This document shows, one piece after another, positions 17,335 to 24,000 of a stretch of DNA of 24,000 nucleotides (positions are counted from its first letter, which is position 1; each line of letters starts with the position of its first letter). A program made the position numbers and the translations under genes. Location of the stretch: the NCBI GenBank assembly GCA_963709355.1, contig CAVPVY010000005.1, positions 715,996 through 739,995 on the forward strand. Reading direction: 5' to 3'. The DNA comes from an uncultured Planctomycetota bacterium. Its GTDB lineage: Bacteria > Planctomycetota > Brocadiia > Brocadiales > Brocadiaceae. A model generated the notes under the pieces. The model saw only the letters and a list, made by a program, of their open reading frames with translations. It did not search any database and was not told where the DNA came from.

Positions 17335-17526
17335 TTACATTTCAACTTCAACAGGTAGTTCCATATTTTGCATTGATGCCTGTATTAATGCCTCCTGGTC
17401 TACTTTATCCTCCGGTTGTTTAATCCGGTCTGCGCTTCTTTCGACAAATTGAACGCCCTCGGTTTTATATTTCTTTTTTAGAAATTCGCACTTTGTGCAG
17501 TCTGGGGCTGTATAAATATATTTCAT
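17335..17526 (-). CDS. Small thioredoxin-fold CxxC protein (glutaredoxin/NrdH-like), 63 aa
   Basis: MKYIYTAPDCTKCEFLKKKY... places a CxxC after the first beta-strand, as in small glutaredoxin-like proteins. GGAGG lies 7 nt upstream of the ATG. Confidence 0.6.
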   Translation of the reverse strand: MKYIYTAPDCTKCEFLKKKYKTEGVQFVERSADRIKQPEDKVDQEALIQASMQNMELPVEVEM

Positions 17527-17649
17527 AAAGAGACCTCCTTAAAATGTTAAAAGTTATCAAATTAATGTTGTTAATTTTACTAAAATAACTGATTCTTTCA
17601 AGGGCATTTTTTAATTTAGATTAAGGTGATTATAGATAGGTATAATCGT

Positions 17650-17678
17650 TTGACTGGATAAGGCTTATATGTTATATT
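17650..17678 (+). promoter_or_regulatory. Candidate sigma70-type promoter with extended -10
   Basis: TTGACT (17650-17655), 17-nt spacer ending in TGT, then TATATT (17673-17678). GGAAGGAG follows, then the ATG at 17705. Confidence 0.45.
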
Positions 17679-17704
17679 CCTTGAAATACGGGAAGGAGTG
17701 ATTT

Positions 17705-18001
17705 ATGCCAAGATTTATCGGATTAATTGTTGCAGCTGGAGTCGCAATCTGGGTATATCTAGATGCGAAAAAGAGGGGATATAAAACCCTTGCGGCTGTC
17801 GGCTGGATGTTGGGTGTGTTTTTATTGATGATAGTTTTTTTACCACTTTATCTATTTCTGAGAGCAAGAAAAGTTAAACAAGTGGAAATTTTGATACCTT
17901 GCAAATATTGTGGAAAATATTACGAGGGATCGCCTATATATTGTCCTAACTGTGGACATAAAGTTGGTGGTTACTCATTTAATAGAGAGGAACAACCATG
18001 A
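17705..18001 (+). CDS. Small membrane protein with an N-terminal PLDc_N-like two-helix domain and a C-terminal zinc ribbon
   Basis: 98 aa. WVYLDAKKRGY is followed by a second TM helix, resembling the small PLD-nuclease N-terminal membrane domain. The C-terminus is CKYCG...CPNCG (two CxxC pairs). Strong RBS upstream. Confidence 0.65.
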   Translation: MPRFIGLIVAAGVAIWVYLDAKKRGYKTLAAVGWMLGVFLLMIVFLPLYLFLRARKVKQVEILIPCKYCGKYYEGSPIYCPNCGHKVGGYSFNREEQP

Positions 18002-18435
18002 GTGTAAAAGAACGAGTAATTGAAGACCTCAAAAGTGCGATGAAGGCACAGGATAAATTAAGAACGTCTGTCCTGCGTATGATACTTGCTGATATAAAAA
18101 TTGAGGACACGTCCGGTAAACCTAAGGACAAGATTGATTATGCAGAGGTGGTTCGTGGTTATCATAGGAAGCTCAAAAAAACACGGGAAGAATATGAAAG
18201 ACTTAATTTGCCAGAGAAGGTAAAGGAATTGTACGGAGAAATTGCTATCGTAGAGGAATATTTGCCAAAACAATTATCAAACGATGAAATCAGAAAGATT
18301 GTTGAAGAGGTTATTAAAGCAAATAATTATACTGCAAAGGAAATTGGCGTTGCAATGAAACAGATTATGAGCAATCACGGCAGTGTTGTTGATGGGAAGA
18401 AGGTACAAACTATATTGAAAGAAATATTGAAATAA
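17998..18435 (+). CDS. yqeY: GatB/YqeY domain-containing protein
   Basis: 145 aa. The N-terminus MSVKERVIEDLKSAMKAQDKLRTSVLRMILADIK and overall length match the YqeY family. Its start overlaps the upstream stop (ATGA). Confidence 0.85.
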   Translation: MSVKERVIEDLKSAMKAQDKLRTSVLRMILADIKIEDTSGKPKDKIDYAEVVRGYHRKLKKTREEYERLNLPEKVKELYGEIAIVEEYLPKQLSNDEIRKIVEEVIKANNYTAKEIGVAMKQIMSNHGSVVDGKKVQTILKEILK

Positions 18436-18502
18436 ATAGGTTTGTAAAGTTAATTTCTATGAAATTTCAGGATAAAATAAATAGAATTTAAGAAGTATAA
18501 TT

Positions 18503-19282
18503 ATGCTGGACAACTCGATACTAGAAGACTTATCAATATACAGCGAGGAATTTACACTTGGATATGGCAGTACGGCATGTTTACTTATACATGGCCTTGG
18601 TTGCGGACCTATTCAAATGAGAGAGCTTGCAGAATATTTGTGCAAGTGGGGTTTCACCGCAAGGGGGATACTTTTGCCGGGTCATTGCGGGGAGGATATA
18701 GAAAGACTTGAATTAATATCAGGGCATGACTTGAGAGAGAAGGTTGAATATGAATATCAGCAATTAAAAGAAGAGTACGAAAATGTAGTAGTTATTGGAT
18801 TTTCGCTGGGTGCACTGCTGACACTGCAACTGGCAATGAAATATCCAATAGAGAAAATAATACTGATGAGCACGCCCGTGTTTATATTACATGAGTATAT
18901 GCCTCTAAATGGCTTAATTGATTTATTCAGGATTTTTGTGAGGAGACTGAAAACTATAAAGAAGACGTGTTATATGGAGACTGACGGGTATTCTGGTTAT
19001 TTGTACCAGCCTGTAGAATCTTACTACTCATTGCAGACCGTTTCAGAAATTAACCAGATGATTGAAACTATAAAACCAAGATTAAAAGAAGTGAAATCAT
19101 CTGCGCTTGTTATTCATTCCAAAAAAGACTTAATTGCCGCCCCTTCAAGCGCGAGATATGTTGTGAAACATCTTAGCTCTGCCGAAAAACAATTGGTATG
19201 GCTTGAGCGAAGTCATCACTTGATGTTGTATGGAAATGAAAAAAAGGTTGTTTTTAACGCTGTGAAAGAATTCCTGAAATAA
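18503..19282 (+). CDS. Alpha/beta-fold hydrolase (carboxylesterase/lysophospholipase-like)
   Basis: 259 aa with the oxyanion HG in LLIHGLG and the nucleophile elbow GFSLGA (GxSxG). A late Asp (KKDLIA) and His (RSHHLM) have the spacing of a catalytic triad. Confidence 0.8.
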   Translation: MLDNSILEDLSIYSEEFTLGYGSTACLLIHGLGCGPIQMRELAEYLCKWGFTARGILLPGHCGEDIERLELISGHDLREKVEYEYQQLKEEYENVVVIGFSLGALLTLQLAMKYPIEKIILMSTPVFILHEYMPLNGLIDLFRIFVRRLKTIKKTCYMETDGYSGYLYQPVESYYSLQTVSEINQMIETIKPRLKEVKSSALVIHSKKDLIAAPSSARYVVKHLSSAEKQLVWLERSHHLMLYGNEKKVVFNAVKEFLK

Positions 19283-19291
19283 AAATCTAAA

Positions 19292-20036
19292 CTACTTCCT
19301 GATGTAATGATCGTCCTTTAAAAGTCTTCGCGTTTTGCTATATTCCATAATTCTTGCGACTTCATTTATAAATTTTTCGCCATAGCCATGTCTCTCGAGA
19401 AGGTAAAAGTTCAGTTCCATCCCCGAGGCAATACCTCCTGCGGTGATAATCTTTCCCGCAGCCACTATCCTGCTGTATTCAGCTTTACCGTAGGATAAAA
19501 AAGTTTTAAATCTATCCAGAGGTACCATTTCGTTATGCCCCAGCCTCTTTTCTTGATGTTGCAGGAAGATTATCCAGCAACCCTGCTTGTGCAAGAATCC
19601 ACTAACCTGTGCATACCAAGGTTACAAGTGTATCTTTAGGTAATGACTTTACAAAATCTATTAAGCTATGGTTAAAGACCTCTGTATGGGTAACGATTCC
19701 TCCCGGTATAATAAATGCGCTCATATAAGGTTTATCTTTTAAGGAGTATTTAGGAAGAACTGTGAGACCTGCCTGCTCTGCAATTGTTCGCATGGTATCG
19801 GCTATTAAGAACACTTCAATAGAAAGATCGAGTCTCCTTGCTACTGCGAATACACCATAGGGCGCTGTGAAGTTTACTACCTCAGTGCTTTCAAAGATGT
19901 ATATACCAACTCGAACGGTGACAGTTTTCACATCTGCATAAAGACCTGCGGTAAACTGGCCGAAAAGATAGCAGTAAAAAGGCATAATTTCTTCATTTTG
20001 CTTCCCCCCGGAGTTTGGTACTCTTTTAACAACCAC
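19292..20036 (-). pseudogene. DJ-1/PfpI (class I glutamine amidotransferase-like) family gene, disrupted
   Basis: ORF 19602..20036 has the DJ-1 fold N-terminal half (VRVGIYIFESTEVVNFTAPYGVF...FIIPGG...) and ends at TAG (19602-19604), right after the nucleophile-elbow CTG. Reading through gives WILAQAGLLDNLPAT, which is family-like. The family C-terminus (IVAAGKIITAGGIASGMELNFYLLE) is in a different frame (ORF 19292..19594). Confidence 0.7.
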
Positions 20037-20213
20037 AAAGTACCCTATTTTTTTACAGTTTGCACTTTACTCAATCTTCATCCAAGCGAAGAATCTGATC
20101 CACTGCAAATATCATTAAAATCGCAGAATGTCGGAGTTGTACAAAAAACAGCGCCAAGTACCACTCCCTTCTATCGAGAGATGTTGGGGGGTGTGTTAAG
20201 AAAAGATTACATG

Positions 20214-20241
20214 CCCCTTTTAGCCCCTCTTTCTAAAGGGG
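20214..20241 (-). terminator. Candidate stem-loop or terminator downstream of fdhA
   Basis: CCCCTTT (20214-20220) pairs with AAAGGGG (20235-20241). On the minus-strand RNA it is followed about 10 nt later by UCUUUUCUU. It lies about 85-110 nt after the fdhA stop. Confidence 0.3.
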
Positions 20242-20325
20242 AAAATAAGATGTTCCAACACTTTTGTTGAATGTATCCATGAAGCAATGGGCGCTTTGTT
20301 GCCGACCCCGATGGATTTATATTGT

Positions 20326-23025
20326 TTACTTTAACTTCTCAATCTTTGCACCGCAGACCTTGTACTCGGCTGTTTGGGTGATGTTGTCGTAAGCGTCCTT
20401 TGTAAGTTTGTTGACTGCCGACTCAACAAAGTGCATGGGTATCCAGATAACGCCTTTTTTTACCTTCTCGGAAACCTCGGCACGGGCAGTTATCTCACCT
20501 CGGCGTGATGCGACTCGAACCATCTCGCCGTCAAAGATACCCAGTTCCTGGGCATCTGCCTGATTAACTTCAACAAAACAATCATTTGTTTTATGGATAA
20601 TTCCGGCAGACCTCCGTGTCATGGTACCCGCGTTATAATGATATAAGGTACGCCCCGTTGAAAGTAATAATGGGTATTCCTTGTCAGGACTCTCGGCAGG
20701 TGCACGATACGGTAACACAAAAAACTTGCCAGGGCCCCTTGGAAATTTGCCTTCGTGCAAGAATTTAGTACCGGGATGCTTTGTGTCCGGACACGGCCAC
20801 TGAATACCGTTTTGTTCTATCCTTGCATAATTAATTCCTGCAAATATCGGCGCAACGCTGGCAATCTCATCGTAAACTTCTTTTGGCGATGAGTAATCCA
20901 TTTTATACCCCATGCGATTGGACAGCTCACTGGTAATCTGCCAGTCGGGTCTTGAATTTCCAATAGGATTAATTGCCTTGCGCACACGCTGTACGCGGCG
21001 CTCCGTATTGGTAAATGTGCCGTCTTTCTCAGCAAAACTAGCTGCCGGCAGTACTACGTCTGCACACTTTGCAGTCTCTGACATAAAGATATCCTGCACA
21101 ACTAGGAATTCAAGATTTCTTAGTCCTTTCATTGTGGAATCCTGATTCGGCTCACTAACGACCGGGTCTTCCCCGATTACATACAATGCCTTAAATTGAT
21201 TCTTGCCCATGCGCTCGAACATGGTTGGCGCAGTGGCACCAGGAGTTCTTGACAATTTGACGCCCCATGCCTTCTCAAACCTCTCCATAACTGCATTATC
21301 TGAAACATCCTGATATCCAGGCATTTTGTTAGGTATACACACGTCTGTCGCACCCTGCACGTTATTCTGGCCACGGATGGGATTGACACCCGTACTGGGT
21401 TTTCCAATATGTCCTGTCAATAATGCCAGATTTGCGATGGTTCGCACATTATCGGTTCCACAGGTATGTTCAGTAATCCCCAAGGTGTAGTATATGGCTG
21501 ATTTTTCTGATTTAGCATACAACCTAGCAGCCTTGCGAATATCTTCTGCAGGAATACCGGTAAATTCTGAAGCCTTCTCAGGTGTGATATCCTTCAAAAA
21601 TTTTTTTAATTCTTCAAAGCCCTCGGTACGTGTTTTTATGAATTCCTTGTTTTCAAGACCTTCGGCGACAATAACATGTGCCATCGCATTTAATAACCAG
21701 TTGTCTGAACCCGGTCTTACCGGGAGATACAGTTTTGCATGGTGGGCAAACCAGATACGACGAGGGTCTGCTACAATAAACGTACACCCCTTCCGCAAGG
21801 CCTTCTTCATCTCTAACGCAACAATCGGATGTGCCTCTGTCGGGTTGCCACCAATCAGAAAAATGAGTTTACAATCCTTGATTTCGCTGATTGAATTGGT
21901 CATTGCACCACTACCGAATGACATCGCCAGACCGGCGACGGATGGTGCGTGTCAAGTCCGGGCACACTGGTCTACGTTGTTAGTGCCAATCGTAGCCCGC
22001 GCAAACTTCATTGCAAGATAATTTTCTTCATTGGTGCATCGTGAAGAACTCAGTACTCCTATATAGTCAGGTCCGTATTTGGCTTTTATTTCGCTTAATT
22101 TAGCGGCGACAAGATTCAGCGCCTCATCCCATGTCACCTCTTCAAACTTCCCATTCTTCTTTATGAGCGGATGCTTCAACCGGTCAGGATGATGGATAAA
22201 GTCATATCCAAAGCGTCCTTTTACACATAAATTCCCGTCGTTGGGTATAGTCCCTACCTTTGAAGTCACTTTGATGACCTGATTTCCCTTCGCATTTAAA
22301 AACATTGTACACCCTACACCGCAATAGGCACAGGTGGTTTTGACCTGTTTAAAGTCCCACTCACGCCCCATCCTAACTGCCTGTTTCTCAACCAACGAAC
22401 CAACCGGACAAGTAGAAACGCACTGGCCACAGAGTACACATGTTGTATCTCGGCGGGGTTTCCCAAAGGGTAACCCGGTCTCGGTTTCAAAGCCTCGGTG
22501 TTTGAAGTCGATAGCATAGTCCTGTTGTATTTCGGCGCAGATGCGCACACAGCGACCGCACAGGATGCACTTGCTCGTATCGTGTTGAATAGCAGGGTTT
22601 TCATCCTCTATGATACCACCGTCAGGTTCTTCAAAAAACCGACTTTCCCTCACACCGTACTTATAAGCAAGGTCTTGCAGACTGCAAGAACCACATTTCT
22701 CACATGTCATACAATCCTTCGGATGGTCTGAGAGGATTAATTCTAATACCATCTTACGTGTCTTAAGGACTTTTTCAGAATTGGTGCGGATGATCATACC
22801 ATCGGTGGCTTCGGTATTACAGGATGTAATAAGTGCGGTTGTGTTGCCGCGCTCTATTTCTACCATGCATACACGGCACCCCGCAAAGGGTTCCAGGCGT
22901 GGGTCATGACAAAGGGTAGGAATATTAACACCAATTGAATTGGCTGCCTGTAGTATAGTTTTTCCTTTAGCAATTTCAGTAGCTTTACCATCAATAGTTA
23001 GTTTAATTTTTGGAACCATTACCAT
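20326..23025 (-). CDS. fdhA: Formate dehydrogenase alpha subunit, selenocysteine-containing, with an N-terminal NuoG-like Fe-S module (one gene split by the ORF track at an in-frame TGA)
   Basis: ORFs 21952..23025 and 20326..21924 are in the same frame and joined by TGA at 21952-21954, giving ...[30 protein letters not shown].... This matches the conserved (C)AR(V/T)-U-H(G/A)PSVAGL active-site motif of Sec formate dehydrogenases. The N-terminus has 2Fe-2S (CHDPRLEPFAGCRVC), His/Cys 4Fe-4S (HPKDCMTCEKCGSC), two ferredoxin 4Fe-4S motifs (CILCGRCVRIC, CVLCGQCVSTCP) and the MopB cluster (CAYCGVGC). GGAGGA RBS upstream; no Tat signal. Confidence 0.9.
21905..21951 (-). promoter_or_regulatory. Bacterial SECIS-like hairpin immediately 3' of the UGA codon
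   Basis: The mRNA reads UGA CAC GCA CCA UCC GUC GCC GGU CUG GCG AUG UCA UUC GGU AGU GGU GC. The inner stem CGUCGCC/GGCGAUG (7 bp including one G:U; plus-strand coordinates 21922-21940) closes the loop GGUCU. This places GGUC at nucleotides 22-25 after the U of UGA, the same register as in E. coli fdhF as I recall it. The outer stem is GCACCA/UGGUGC. Confidence 0.6.
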
Positions 23026-23044
23026 AAATTTCTTCCTCCTGATT

Positions 23045-23848
23045 CTATATTACCATAATTCCTGCATAACCTACAACCTGATCATAATCCCCTGTGATAT
23101 CGCCACTGGTTTCATAGCGTACTAGTTCAGCTTTTTTGGCGCCTCTTTCCTTGGAACATACAAGCATAATAACTGTTGGGTAAATACCGCACATAGTGAT
23201 GTGCATTTCATGTACTTTACTATATAGTTTATCCTCGTCAAGCGCAAGAATTTCTGCTATTGCAATTTTATCCTTTATATTTGCTGATGTTTGTGTTTCA
23301 TGGTGTGTCATATCAGAGGATGCAACCACAAGTGCATCAGATCGTATTTTATTCAGTACCTGTGATAGACTTTTTCCGATATTTTTAAGATCTGTTATAT
23401 TTCTTGATGATATAACCATAACAACAATTTTTACGGAAGGCTTAAAGTATTGAATAAATGGTATCTGTACCTCAGCGGCGTGTTCATATAAGTGTGCCTC
23501 TTTGTCCTTCTCAATTAAGTTGCATACGTTTAAGAGGTCGTTTACTACTTCTTCATCCACCTTTACGTCACCCAAAGGAGTACGCCATGAACCACAGGGC
23601 CAGATAGAATAAGGTGCTCCAAAACCAGTATGATTTGGGGATAATATAATTACCGTGTCAGGTATCTCTATTTTTGAATAAAGATTACCTGCAACACGCC
23701 CAGAATATATATAACCTGCGTGTGGCGAAACAATGCCTAAAACAGTATGTCTTTCTGCATCCTTGTTTACAAAATCCTCTATATCACTTCTTAATTGAGT
23801 TTTGTCTGTGCTGTAAAAACTGCCGGCTGCTGCAGGATATCTTATCAT
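23045..23848 (-). CDS. amrB: AmmeMemoRadiSam system protein B (MEMO1 family)
   Basis: 267 aa. MIRYPAAAGSFYSTDKTQL...GIVSPHAGYIYSGRVAG...VIILSPNHTG...SSDMTHHE are the hallmark motifs of the Memo/AmrB family. Its stop lies 19 nt before the fdhA start. Confidence 0.85.
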   Translation of the reverse strand: MIRYPAAAGSFYSTDKTQLRSDIEDFVNKDAERHTVLGIVSPHAGYIYSGRVAGNLYSKIEIPDTVIILSPNHTGFGAPYSIWPCGSWRTPLGDVKVDEEVVNDLLNVCNLIEKDKEAHLYEHAAEVQIPFIQYFKPSVKIVVMVISSRNITDLKNIGKSLSQVLNKIRSDALVVASSDMTHHETQTSANIKDKIAIAEILALDEDKLYSKVHEMHITMCGIYPTVIMLVCSKERGAKKAELVRYETSGDITGDYDQVVGYAGIMVI

Positions 23849-24000
23849 ATTAATTAAATGAAATATTCTTGTTTTTTTATTATGGATTATAAGTACATGT
23901 TATTAATGTAATTTCTAGAATTATTAATTATAATACATCTATAGTCTAACATGATATTTTATTACAGTCAAACTTCTTCAGAAAAGATTAGTTTATACAT

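Noticed and set aside
19602-19604. TAG in the DJ-1/PfpI gene as a pyrrolysine or read-through codon
   Set aside because: The downstream sequence needs additional frame changes to recover the family C-terminus, and there is no pyl gene context in the window. Decay is the simpler explanation.
19998-20270. 90-aa plus-strand ORF in the fdhA/DJ-1 intergenic region
   Set aside because: It has no RBS, it overlaps the 5' end of the pseudogene, and its sequence is a translation of C/G runs and hairpin arms. It is not convincing as a gene.
20817-22731. Alternative-frame ORFs within fdhA (20817..21035-, 20912..21145+, 21177..21407-, 21494..22021+, 22314..22604-, 22334..22519+, 22498..22731+)
   Set aside because: They lie inside the GC-richer fdhA coding region, where long shadow ORFs are expected. 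ORF 21494..22021(+) spans the Sec codon only by coincidence.
1-24000. CRISPR arrays, tRNA/rRNA genes, retron, DGR or toxin-antitoxin style modules
   Set aside because: I found no regularly spaced direct repeats, no tRNA-like GC-rich cloverleaf segments, no reverse transcriptase, and no paired small-gene modules. Apart from the IS, the window looks like core chromosome.

Overview
AT-rich bacterial chromosomal window made up mostly of housekeeping genes; I cannot assign a taxon from sequence alone. Minus strand 1-9264 carries a division/cell-wall (dcw) cluster in the order mraZ, rsmH, ftsL-like, ftsI, orphan ORF, murE, murF, mraY, ftsW. ftsW runs off the left edge, so it is missing from the ORF track; I translated it by hand. 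murD is not in its usual slot, and ftsI is split by a 1-nt frameshift. A 210-bp structured spacer sits between ftsL and ftsI. Plus strand then carries queA and a complete 1065-bp IS481-type insertion sequence with a perfect 16-bp target duplication, sitting just upstream of an ATP-type PEP carboxykinase. Next come an Rrf2 regulator with a NitT/TauT-type ABC transporter (binding protein, ATPase, permease), a small CxxC thioredoxin-fold gene, a membrane zinc-ribbon protein coupled to yqeY, and an alpha/beta hydrolase. The right end (minus strand) has a decayed DJ-1/PfpI pseudogene. It also has amrB (Memo family) followed by a selenocysteine formate dehydrogenase alpha subunit; the ORF track splits this at an in-frame TGA that has an fdhF-like SECIS hairpin. 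I saw no CRISPR array, tRNA or rRNA, and no recognisable defence, toxin-antitoxin or retroelement system, so I cannot claim a clear novel multi-gene system. The least explained pieces are the structured island inside the dcw operon (a possible plus-strand small RNA), the orphan ORF fused into the dcw cluster, the Cys-rich tail on the ABC ATPase, the palindrome next to the Rrf2 gene, and the amrB-fdhA pairing.
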